Positions 31,901 through 40,302 of a stretch of 64,000 nucleotides of DNA are shown piece after piece. The number at the start of each line of letters is the position of its first letter. Position 1 is the first letter of the stretch. Location of the stretch: positions 64,001 to 128,000 of the forward strand of contig CAVRCI010000005.1 in the NCBI GenBank assembly GCA_963719495.1, given 5' to 3'. Source of the DNA: an uncultured Verrucomicrobiae bacterium (lineage in GTDB: Bacteria > Verrucomicrobiota > Verrucomicrobiia > Chthoniobacterales > JAATET01). A program made the position numbers and the translations under genes. The notes under the pieces are model-generated. The model was not told where the DNA came from, searched no databases, and saw nothing but the letters and a program-made list of their open reading frames with translations.

Positions 31901-33522
31901 CGGGTCAGCAACGGCGGGATCGAAAATTGGGAACGCTTTCCGATGACCGGATAGCCGCGCTGACGAACTTGGGATTCGATTGGCGGACTCCAGAGACAAA
32001 TGCCGGTGCGTCAACGGGGGAGACGGACGCGCCGGTCAAACGCAACGAGGCTCAGATGAATGCGTCCCTCGGCGAATATTTTAGGCTTCATGGCCACGGG
32101 AACGTTCCAACGGGTTGGCCCGCCGATCCCGCGTTGGGCCGATGGGTGACCCAGCAACGGCAAGCTCGGAAGAGCGGGAAACTCTCTGGTGACCAGATTG
32201 CCAACTTGGAATCGAAAGGCGTCGACTGGTGTCGCGAAGACATCGTCTGGAACGCCAGACTACGAGAATACCGCGCAGCGAAAAACGCTCAACGCCGGAT
32301 GGCGAGGGGCGGCAAAGAACCTAAACTCTCACAGCGAATTGAAAGCTGGATCGCAACTCAGCGAAAAAAACGAAAACAAACGCGTTTATCGGAATTCCAA
32401 ATCGAGCGGCTCGACGCTATCGGGTTCGACTGGACGCCCGATTTTGGCGAATGGCACGTGAGATTTGAGGAACTTAAAAAGTTCAAACAGGCAGAAGGTC
32501 ATTGTCGAGTTCCGCAAATCTGGAGCGAGAACGGGAAACTTGGTCGATGGGTGAGCACTCAGCGCCAAAAACTCAAAAGGGGGAGATTGTCCGAACAACA
32601 CCGATCGAAACTTGAGTCCGTGGGATTCGAGTGGGACCTGAGCGGAGCCAGAACGGGTTCTGCGAGATCGGACTGGGATACAAAGTTCGACCTCCTCCGA
32701 ACTTTTTTCGAGGCAAGCGGTCATTCGAAGGTCCCGCAATCAGCAACCGCCTACCTGTCGCTCGGAAAATGGGTTTCGCGGCAGCGCGGCAAGCGGCGCC
32801 GCGGGACATTGTCACCAACGCGGATCGCCCAGCTCAACGGCTTGAACTTCGACTGGAATCTAATCGATCAGCCGATTGAAAATTCCACAGCCCGACTTTC
32901 GTCGAATGATTCATGGAACAAAATGCTCGCCGCGCTCCTCGCCTATCGAGACGAGCACGGCGATTGTCTTGTCCCTCTCCACTACGCCGCCAACCCAGCG
33001 CTTGGGCGCTGGGTTGGCAAAGTCAGACAGTCACACAAACGGGAAGCATTCTCACCCGAAAAAACCGCAGCCCTATCCGCAATTGGATTTAAATGGGTTC
33101 CCCTCGACCTTCGCTGGGAAGCAATGTTCGAAGAACTCATTCAGTTCGGATCAAAAAAAGGCCACCTGGACGTTCCTCAGCAGTATCCAGAGAATCAAAA
33201 ACTCTCGAGTTGGGTCTATCACCAACGCAACGAATTCCGGATCAAGCGACCGTTCTTCATGGCACAACGCGCCGGAAAACTCGAATCGATTGGTTTTAAG
33301 TGGAAGCTGGTCGAGACAATTGGCTGGGACGGAATGTTCGAGCGCCTCGTGCAGTTCAAAGAGCGCCACGGCCACTGCAGCGTGCCACAAAAATCCACTG
33401 AGGATCGAAGACTTGGAAAGTGGGTCAATTCGCAAAGGACATTTCACTACCGCGGCACGCTTAGCCCTGACCGAGTCGACCGACTTGACAGCATCGGCTT
33501 TGCGTGGTCGGCAAAAGCATAG
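28981..33522 (+). CDS. Mrr-like restriction endonuclease + DEAH SF2 helicase + 12 helicase-associated (HA) repeats
   Basis: GDAFE...DMGVDG...YQVKF nuclease; PRPHQ, MACGSGKT, DEAH, TAT, LTEGVDVP, QATGRAIR; 12 repeats of W..(R/M)F..L......G...VP......L..WV..QR......L...R...L...GF.W. Confidence 0.9.
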   Translation: MGDPVVHIPRHRKARWFLNERLLEGVSTFSQLEDRLSTRLSEKTRGDAFEVFAEAWLATQRLPQAQQIWTEQSLPTRLATQLRLPTGDMGVDGVFETSAGDYCCYQVKFRTGRPRLRWSDLSTFFGLADASLLRLVFTNCDEVAGTAEDRPGAIFVRGTDLDRLGPADFAAMAAWLDGVTVQRKLKEPRPHQVEAVRSIVDAFAANDRATALMACGSGKTLIALWVAEDIRAKTVLVLLPSLALVGQTVHEWLKETRWTDVDYCCVCSDDSVQSEDDAIVVRPSELDFRVTTDSAQLARFLEHSKAAVRVVFSTYQSSPAIASAMTGQPPFDLAVFDEAHKTAGREGVRFTFALDDQRLPISKRLFLTATPRHYKLKGREGATEKVFSMDAKSVYGSIVHRLSFTKAERLGIVTPYKVIISVVTSRMVTDELLRRGVVVVSGEEIKARQVANQIALRAAIEMYDIRKVFTFHSRVQAARSFVHEGSEGVGQHLPGFECAHISGAMPMTHRRKIMREFEASFRAILSNARCLTEGVDVPSVDLVAFLSPRRSLVDIVQATGRAIRTAPDKTFGYVLVPLYVEQARDETVESAVARSAFDEVWNVLNYLQEHDDFLAQVISEMRAERGRTGGFDDTRFRERVAILGPTVALAALEKSITAACVDAVGDPWFERFGQLKAYHQEHGDCDVPARWKGSNRLGTWVVTQRVHWNDGLLDSAKIALLDELQFNWDPKGRAWRERYLELCAYRERFGDCRIPQDWSENRRLAQWVSTQRHRLQTGQIRTEQKELLNRLGFEWSIDFRTWDHRLEELRQFKADHGHTRVPARWAKNRTLGAWVATQRYENRQKRLTVDQIALLDAEGFEWDIAGRQSTVDEKLALLIDFQNRTGHFRIPKTDANLSHVVDWLSTVRRLKRLGTLDADIERRFDQIDFPWIPVPAPPKDRWNERFDRYRSAIQEHGRLPLPATQETRWHRTWAGQQRRDRKLGTLSDDRIAALTNLGFDWRTPETNAGASTGETDAPVKRNEAQMNASLGEYFRLHGHGNVPTGWPADPALGRWVTQQRQARKSGKLSGDQIANLESKGVDWCREDIVWNARLREYRAAKNAQRRMARGGKEPKLSQRIESWIATQRKKRKQTRLSEFQIERLDAIGFDWTPDFGEWHVRFEELKKFKQAEGHCRVPQIWSENGKLGRWVSTQRQKLKRGRLSEQHRSKLESVGFEWDLSGARTGSARSDWDTKFDLLRTFFEASGHSKVPQSATAYLSLGKWVSRQRGKRRRGTLSPTRIAQLNGLNFDWNLIDQPIENSTARLSSNDSWNKMLAALLAYRDEHGDCLVPLHYAANPALGRWVGKVRQSHKREAFSPEKTAALSAIGFKWVPLDLRWEAMFEELIQFGSKKGHLDVPQQYPENQKLSSWVYHQRNEFRIKRPFFMAQRAGKLESIGFKWKLVETIGWDGMFERLVQFKERHGHCSVPQKSTEDRRLGKWVNSQRTFHYRGTLSPDRVDRLDSIGFAWSAKA

Positions 33523-33554
33523 TAGTCACAGCCCTCCGACCAAACGCTAATCCG

Positions 33555-33943
33555 TCAAAGAATTTTCGTCCCCGACAGGCGGGCTTCGGCTTTCTCGAAG
33601 GTCAGCGATCGACAATCACGACCGCAGGCTTCCGCGTGCATGATGCGATCCACAAAACCCGGTTTCGCGGACGCTAGATTGGGGGTCGCCTGGATCACCG
33701 GAAGAGCAAAGCCGAGCGGTTCCACGTCTCCGCTTTCCAGCAGCGATTACAGAGCCCCGAGCGCTTCCGCCTTCGGGACCGAGTAGTGGGTCTGGATGGC
33801 AAAGTAGGTCTCCACGATGACAATGTGGGCCGATCGCCCCGGCGGAGGCAGCTCTCCAACTCCTCCCGAGCTTTGATGGCTTGATCGGGAGGTTCTTCCG
33901 TCAAGAGTCGCACGATGAAGGTCGTGTCGAGACAGGATTTCAT
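33555..33943 (-). pseudogene. PIN-domain (VapC-like) toxin, frameshifted with an internal stop
   Basis: MKSCLDTTFIVRLL...RGDRP, frame change to VIVETYFAIQTHYSVPKAEALGAL*SLLESG...GFVDRIMH...LTFEK. Confidence 0.8.
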
Positions 33944-34209
33944 CCCACCGCTTCGTTGGCCATGGCCCGCCCCGCAGAATCTCCGTGTTTCTCGCGGCTC
34001 CACGGTTCCTTCGCGCTTCTGGAATACTTCCGGAGTGAACCGATCCACGGGGATCGGCGTTTGACCCGTGGCTTCAGCACCCAGACCGTTTCGCCCCCGT
34101 GACGCCGAGGATGCAATTCCATCGAATCCCCGGACCCGACTCCAAGCGCTTCGCACACCTCGACCGGGAATGTGGCCTGGCGCTTCGCAGTCAGTTTGAT
34201 TGTTGCCAT
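33940..34209 (-). CDS. AbrB/MazE/SpoVT family antitoxin
   Basis: IKLTAKRQATFPVEVCEALGVGSGD; ATGA overlap with the PIN gene. Confidence 0.85.
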   Translation of the reverse strand: MATIKLTAKRQATFPVEVCEALGVGSGDSMELHPRRHGGETVWVLKPRVKRRSPWIGSLRKYSRSAKEPWSREKHGDSAGRAMANEAVG

Positions 34210-34488
34210 CCATCACCAACACCACGGACGCCTTACCCACCAACCAATGGTAAGGCGGACCCATCAGAGCTCCCGCCGAGGCTCGCGGGGACGCGCGCCC
34301 TCCGAAAGCAACAGCCGCAGTCCCAATTCGCGTTCATTCGCGTCCATTCGCGGTTCCATTTCTCTGCCTCGGACAAAATGCAACACCCCTGAAACCTGCG
34401 AATGACGAGGAACAGAATTCACGCTACGTTCCTCCACCCGTATCCCATTCGCGCCAATTCGCGTGTTTCGCGGGCAACCTCACCCTTC

Positions 34489-35097
34489 ATGAATTTCCTA
34501 AAGCCAGTCCTCTGGGGCAACACCGTCGCCCTCTCGTGGATGTGGGGCCTCGGCCTCTTCTTCTCCGTCCAGTTCACCCAGCAATTCGGCATCCTCGGGC
34601 TCCTCATGTTCGCCATCCCGAATTTCCTCGGTCTCATGGCCTTCGGACTCGTCACGCAGATCATCGCGAACCGCCAGCCCGGCACCGATTCTCTCAACGC
34701 CTTCTTCACCACTTGGTCCCGACCCTTCCGCCTCGTCTTCTTCCTCTACCAGCTCCTCGCGATCACGCTCACGATCTTCGCGTTCATCCACTACGTCTGG
34801 CAGCCTCTCGGTCTCCAACCCGCCGTCCTCTTCCTCCCGCTCACGCTCCTCATCATCCTCGCCGCCGCCGTCCTGTTCGGGGAGGAATTCGACATCCGCC
34901 GCATCAAATACTCGCACGGCGTCCTGTTCGCCATCGCCCTCGTCGCCATTCTCGTCCTCATCTTCGGTCGCGACGAATTTTACAACCTCTCGTCGCTCCT
35001 CCCCGGTCGCCTCCCCGCCGACGACCTCAGCTTCTGGGGCTACGTCGTCCCGATCACCATCGGCTTCCTCGTCGGCCCCTGGCTCGATCTCCAGCAA
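34489..35097 (+). pseudogene. Truncated polytopic membrane protein (possibly solute:sodium symporter-like)
   Basis: Several TM helices with host-like codons that stop abruptly at GPWLDLQQ where the repeat block starts; the frame then runs through repeat sequence to 35214. Confidence 0.6.
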
Positions 35098-35696
35098 GAG
35101 AAGGGGTCAGAGAAGGGGTCAGTCCGTGCATTGGTTCAGAGAAGGGGTCAGTCCGTGCATTGGTTCAGATTTTCGGTTTTCGGTCGTAGCCACATCTGCA
35201 GATTACACTTCTGAACCAATGAACGGACTGACCTCTTCCCTGAACCCATGAACGGACTGACCTCTTCCCTTTGCGCATTCCTACCGAAAACCCGCTTAAA
35301 ACAGTGGCATTCGGGTCAGTCCGTTCATCGGAAGGGGGCAGGCAAACAATTGAGAAAGCAAATATGTCAATAGGAATGACCTCTTTTCGACCCCATTTTT
35401 CCAGCCAGAGCGGCGGAGAAGGGGTCAGTCCGGAGAAGGGGTCAGTCCGTGCATTGGTTCAGATTTTCGGTTTTCGGTCGTAGCCACATCTGCAGATTAC
35501 ACTTCTGAACCAATGAACGGACTGACCTCTTCCCCGGACTGACCTCTTCCCTTTGCGCATTCCTACCGAAAACCCGCTTAAAACAGTGGCATTCGGGTCA
35601 GTCCGTTCATCGGAAGGGGGCAGGCAAACAATTGAGAAAGCAAATACGTCAATAGGAATGACCTCTTTTCGACCCCATTTTTCCAGCCAGAGCGGC
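35098..35696. repeat. Tandem duplication of a roughly 270-bp unit with internal inverted repeats and stuttered ends
   Basis: Units 35139-35414 and 35433-35696; IR AAGGGGTCAGTCCGTGCATTGGTTCAGA / TCTGAACCAATGAACGGACTGACCTCTT. Confidence 0.92.
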
Positions 35697-35699
35697 GTC

Positions 35700-36064
35700 C
35701 CGCCGGACGGCGAGACGATCTTCCTCGGCGAGCAACGGCCCCCGCCCGACGTGGCATCGCGCGAGGCGTCGGCGCGACCGTAGCTCCGCGGCGCCAATCC
35801 CCACGTTCAGTCGCCGTGCCGAGGCGTGACTTCGAAACCGCGGTCATCGAAGCGCATCGACCAGCCTTGGCGTAAATTATGAGCGCTGAAGGCACCGTCA
35901 TCTCCCGCGCCCATCCAGTGACGTCCACGTTCGCGCGCTGCCAAAATCCCGTTCCAGTCATCGGCCGTGACCACCGTCGGACTGTCTCCGGACTTTGCAA
36001 AACTCGTTGAAGCAAGCAGCCCTCTAATCGTGAAGAAAAGGAGTAGGCGGACTGGATTATTCAT
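35700..36064 (-). pseudogene. N-terminal fragment of a secreted protein resembling FG-GAP-repeat protein leaders
   Basis: Signal peptide, then DWNGILAARERGRH...RFDDRGFEVTPRHGD*TWGLAPRSYG; TGA where Trp is expected; ends at the repeat block. Confidence 0.55.
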
Positions 36065-36259
36065 CACCGAGTAAAACCATCCGCGTCAAATCACGATCAC
36101 TTGCAACAAAGTGGAACGCACGTGGCAGCGCGCTTCCAGCCGATGATCAATCCAAACGCGAAAGCGCTGACTCCCTCGGCTTGGTCCGCCGGGCTGATCG
36201 GCCATTTCTTGAGGGTCCCGTCTCCTCGTTTTCGATCAAGTCGTTCCGGACCCCAAGTT

Positions 36260-36712
36260 TCAGGGTGCCTCCGAGAATCCGGCGGCGGCTGCGAGCTTCC
36301 TTTGGCGTTGGTCGAAGGAGAGAAAGACGGTCGCACCAGATTCGAGGGCGATGGCAACGTGGAGGAGGTCGATGGTCCGCTGACCCGAGACCGCGGCGTA
36401 TTTTTCGCTCAATTCGTCGGCTCGACGGAAGGCGTCGGTCCAAGTGACCGGGTGGTGAACCAAGAGGCCTTCGCGCAGGTCTTCGTCGATCCGGCTGAAC
36501 GCGACTTTCTGTTCGGATGGGTCGATTGCGCCTCGCGCCGCCAAATTGCGAAGCGCGTTCCGCACTTCAATCCGGTGGAGCGGGGTGAAAAGCAACGGCT
36601 CCTCCCTTTGTACCATGCAACCGACCGCATCAGCGGTGCGGCTGTCCCGGGAGATCAACGAAATCAGGAAACTCGAATCGGCGTAGGTGAGGCCAGCCAC
36701 GTCGGTCGTCAA
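36260..36712 (-). CDS. vapC: PIN-domain VapC toxin
   Basis: YADSSFLISL, EVRNAL, RTIDLLHVAIAL, FLSFDQRQ; start is TTG 36712 or GTG 36700. Confidence 0.88.
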   Translation of the reverse strand: MTTDVAGLTYADSSFLISLISRDSRTADAVGCMVQREEPLLFTPLHRIEVRNALRNLAARGAIDPSEQKVAFSRIDEDLREGLLVHHPVTWTDAFRRADELSEKYAAVSGQRTIDLLHVAIALESGATVFLSFDQRQRKLAAAAGFSEAP

Positions 36713-36948
36713 TCGCGCAAGTCCGACCAGAGTTGCTCCGTCGCCTCGGTCGACAGGCCCCTGCCGATCGGTGGAAAAGTTTTCAACCGTGCGGCCCAAT
36801 CGACTTTGCGCGCCTCGACGTGCTTCATCGGGGCGAGGGTGGCGAATTCCGCTCCGTTCCGCGTGATCGTGACCGGCTCCCCAAATTCGATCCACTTCGC
36901 GACATCAGCGAAATGGTTTCGAAGGTCACGAACGGTGGCGGTTTTCAT
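36709..36948 (-). CDS. Phd/YefM family antitoxin
   Basis: MKTATVRDLRNHF...GEPVTITRNG. Confidence 0.88.
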   Translation of the reverse strand: MKTATVRDLRNHFADVAKWIEFGEPVTITRNGAEFATLAPMKHVEARKVDWAARLKTFPPIGRGLSTEATEQLWSDLRD

Positions 36949-37249
36949 CGTTAGACACGATTTGTATCACCGCGGAAGGAAGTCACCCGCAATGGCAACG
37001 GGTCGAGCCAGCGGACTGCAATTCTGCAGCAAGTTCGCTGGGCGAATCTTCACGCTGGACGATTCAAACCCCTCCAGCGACGAGCCACCGATCCGGCGGC
37101 CATTGCAAGCCGCCGCGCCGGAGTGAATCGACCCAAATGCGAAAGCGCTGACTTCCATTCAGGAATCAGCGCTTCGCAATTTGTTGAAGATCGGCTGGAA
37201 GCCGGAGCGCAGCGGAGACCGCCGAAGGCAACCTGATTCGACGGGGCTT

Positions 37250-39439
37250 CTACCGGAGGAAGGCCTCGTGGAGGCCGCCGTCGACCGTGATGACCTGGCC
37301 GGTCGTCTTGCTCAGGCGCTTGCTCACCAGCAGGAAGTAGGCCTCGGCTTGGTCCGCCGGGGTGATCGGGCTCTTGGTCAGCGTGCGGTCGGCGTAGAAT
37401 TGCGCGAGCTTCGTTACGAGCGATTCGGTCTCCTCGTCTTCGGTGTAGTCGATTTTGTATTTCGCGAGCGATCCGATCACTCGGTCGCGTGGGAACATCG
37501 CGGAACCCTGGACGACGGTCGCCGGCGCAACGCCGTTGACGCGAACGAGCGGCGAGAGCTCCATCGCGAGTTCGCGGACGAGGTGATTCGCGGCGGCCTT
37601 CGAGGTGTCGTAGGCGACGCTGCCCTTCTTCGCGACGGCGGCGTTCGCACTGGTCGTGAGGACGAGGTTGCCGGTGAGACCCTGCTCTTTCCAGGTTTTG
37701 AACGCCTCGTTGGCGACGAAGTAGCTGCCGCTCACGTTGATCGAGAACGTCAACGCCCACTTCTCATCGGGGATGTTTCCGCTCGTGTCGCTCGGGACGA
37801 AAATCCCCGCCGTCACGCAGATGTGATCGAACCCGCCGTAGGCCAGCGCGACCTGATCCAGCATCGTGCGAATGCTCGCCCGGTCGGTGATGTTCGCGCC
37901 GAACCCGATGGCCGGACCGCAGCCGCTGACCCCCGTGCCGGCGACGCCGATGCCCTGCCCGTAGGCGTCGGTGATTTCCTTGGCCGTGGCCTGCGCGGCT
38001 TCCGCGTTGAGGTCGACGCAGACGATCTGCGCGCCTTCTTTCACGAGGCGGTGGGCGGTTTCCTTCCCGATGCCACTGCCCGCGCCGATGACGACAACGA
38101 TCTGGCGGGCGAGTTCTTTTTCAGCAGGCATGCGCTGGAGTTTCGCTTCCTCGAGGAGCCAATATTCGATGTCGAACGCTTCCTGCTGCGGGAGCGCGAT
38201 GTATTCGTCGATGGCTTCGGCACCGCGCATCACTTCAACGGCGCAGTTGTAAAATTCGGCCGTCACGCGGGACTCCGACTTGTCCTTGCCCCAAGCGATC
38301 AGGCCGAGGCCGGGGATGAGGACGACCGTTGGGTTCGGGTCGCGCATCGCCGGGGAATTGTCGTGTTTGCACTTCTCGTAGTAGGCGGCGTAGTCGTCGC
38401 GGTAGGCGGCTAGGCCGTCTTCGAGTAACTTTTTGAGGCCGTCGAGGTCGCCGGTCGTGGGGTCCCAATCGACGTAGAGCGGCTTGATCTTCGTCCGCAG
38501 GAAGTGGTCGGGGCAGCTCGTGCCGAGCTCGGCGAGACGCTCGGCGTCGTTCGAATTCACAAAGCGCAGGATCTTCTCGTCGTCCTGGATCGTGCCGACG
38601 AAACGCTTCTGCTGGGAGACGCGACCGCGCAGCCACGGCGCAATGGCCGCGAAAATCTCAGCCCGCTTCGCCTCGTCAAGGGATTGGTATTTCGACCCGC
38701 CGAAGGCCTTGGCGTCACCACCCTTGGCCTCGTATTTCTTCTCGATGAATACGGACGCCGTCTCGATGAATCGCAGCGTCTCGTCGTAGCATTTCTTGTC
38801 GTCGTCGTCCCACGAAATGAACCCGTGCTGGCCCATCATGATGGCTTTCACGCTGGGGTTCGCTCGTTCGATCTCCTGCATGGCGAGACCGAGTTCGAAG
38901 CCGGGGCGCATCCATTCGACGTAAGCCATTTCGCCGCCGAAGATTTCCTTCGTCAGCTCCTCGCAACGCCGACTCGCCGCGATGGCGATCACCGCGTTCG
39001 GGTGCATGTGGTCGACGTGTTTGCCGGACAGAAAACTGTGGAGCGGCGTGTCGATGGACGACGGGCGCGGATTGAGATTGAAGGTCGTGTGGGTATACAT
39101 GCCGACCATCTCGTCCTCGGCGGGCGTCTTGAGACCCTTGTCGGCGCGGGCGGCGTAGAGCGGCTGCAGCGCGAACAATTTATCCTGACAGAGCGACGAA
39201 AAATTCTCGCGCTTGGACGTGCGCAGATCGCCGCCGGATCCCTTGACCCAGAGGACCTCGGTCGTCTCGCCGGAGAGCGGGTCCGTTTCCATGATCTTCG
39301 ACGACGTGTTGCCGCCGCCGGTGTTGGTGATGCGCTGATCGGATCCGAGGAGGTTCGAGCGGTAAACGAGGCGACCGACGGGGTCGAGTTTGGCGGCTTC
39401 TTCGGCGTTCCAGCGGTAGTTAACGTAATTGGTGTTCAT
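37250..39439 (-). CDS. Bifunctional rhamnulose-1-phosphate aldolase/short-chain dehydrogenase
   Basis: GGGNTSSK, KGSGGDL, SIDTPLH, HMHP, CPDHFLRTK, EYWLLEEAKL; SDR GAGSGIG and YDTSK. Confidence 0.93.
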   Translation of the reverse strand: MNTNYVNYRWNAEEAAKLDPVGRLVYRSNLLGSDQRITNTGGGNTSSKIMETDPLSGETTEVLWVKGSGGDLRTSKRENFSSLCQDKLFALQPLYAARADKGLKTPAEDEMVGMYTHTTFNLNPRPSSIDTPLHSFLSGKHVDHMHPNAVIAIAASRRCEELTKEIFGGEMAYVEWMRPGFELGLAMQEIERANPSVKAIMMGQHGFISWDDDDKKCYDETLRFIETASVFIEKKYEAKGGDAKAFGGSKYQSLDEAKRAEIFAAIAPWLRGRVSQQKRFVGTIQDDEKILRFVNSNDAERLAELGTSCPDHFLRTKIKPLYVDWDPTTGDLDGLKKLLEDGLAAYRDDYAAYYEKCKHDNSPAMRDPNPTVVLIPGLGLIAWGKDKSESRVTAEFYNCAVEVMRGAEAIDEYIALPQQEAFDIEYWLLEEAKLQRMPAEKELARQIVVVIGAGSGIGKETAHRLVKEGAQIVCVDLNAEAAQATAKEITDAYGQGIGVAGTGVSGCGPAIGFGANITDRASIRTMLDQVALAYGGFDHICVTAGIFVPSDTSGNIPDEKWALTFSINVSGSYFVANEAFKTWKEQGLTGNLVLTTSANAAVAKKGSVAYDTSKAAANHLVRELAMELSPLVRVNGVAPATVVQGSAMFPRDRVIGSLAKYKIDYTEDEETESLVTKLAQFYADRTLTKSPITPADQAEAYFLLVSKRLSKTTGQVITVDGGLHEAFLR

Positions 39440-39534
39440 GTGGGAATTTCTGCGTTTGATTGGGGATTCGGGTCAGTAATGCGTTGACTCGGACTCGAAA
39501 GCAATCAAAAATCCACATTCTTCCTCGAAAAACC

Positions 39535-40302
39535 ATGCTCGCTCCCGAACGCCACCGCCGAATCCTCCAACTCGTTGGGACCCGCGGCAGCGTGCGCACG
39601 GCCGAGGTGGCCCGGTCGCTCAGCGTGACCGAAGAGACCGTTCGCCGGGACCTCGAGAAGCTGGAGACGGAGGGCAAACTCAACCGAACTCACGGAGGCG
39701 CGATGCGGGGTGAATCCGGGCGGCGGGACCTTCCGCTCACCAGCCGCGAGTCGATGAACATCGTCGAGAAGCGCGCCATCGCCCGGCACGCGCTCCGCCA
39801 CATCGAGACCGGCGACACCATTCTCCTCGACGCCAGTTCCACCGCGCTCGAACTCGCGCGCCTGCTTCCCGACTTACCCATCACGGTGCTGACCAACTCG
39901 CTCAAGATCGCGTTCGAACTCGCCGACCGCGATCAGTTGCGTCTCGTGATGATCGGCGGCGTCGTGGGTCCGACCTCACTCGCCTGCGTCGGGCCCCTCG
40001 CCGATCAGGCCATCGAGTGCTACAACGTCCAGAAGGCCTTCTTCTCCTGCCGCGGCGTCGACGCCACGCGCGGCCTCAGCGAATCGAACGACGAACAGGC
40101 CCGCTTCAAGCGCCGCCTCCTCGCCCTCTCCGAACGCAGCTACCTGTTGGCCGACCACACGAAGTTCTCGCTCAAGTCGTCCTTTTTCTTTGGCCAGGCT
40201 TCCGAGGCGGACATTCTCATCACCGACCAGGACCCGGCACCGGACTTCGCGACGGCGCTCCGAGCCGGAGGGGTCGAAATTCAAATCGCTTCTCCCGAAT
40301 GA
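39535..40302 (+). CDS. DeoR/GlpR family transcriptional regulator
   Basis: VTEETVRRDLEKLE...RTHGGA, LDASST, LADHTKF. Confidence 0.94.
   Translation: MLAPERHRRILQLVGTRGSVRTAEVARSLSVTEETVRRDLEKLETEGKLNRTHGGAMRGESGRRDLPLTSRESMNIVEKRAIARHALRHIETGDTILLDASSTALELARLLPDLPITVLTNSLKIAFELADRDQLRLVMIGGVVGPTSLACVGPLADQAIECYNVQKAFFSCRGVDATRGLSESNDEQARFKRRLLALSERSYLLADHTKFSLKSSFFFGQASEADILITDQDPAPDFATALRAGGVEIQIASPE

Noticed and set aside
35098..35696. Possible CRISPR array
   Set aside because: Repeats are inverted and irregularly spaced, the intervening sequences are duplicated rather than unique, and there are no cas genes
35271..35783. Twin small ORFs MRIPTENPLK...
   Set aside because: By-products of the tandem duplication; TTG starts and no coding signature
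28880..37200. Integron or prophage
   Set aside because: No integrase, no recognisable attC array and no phage structural genes
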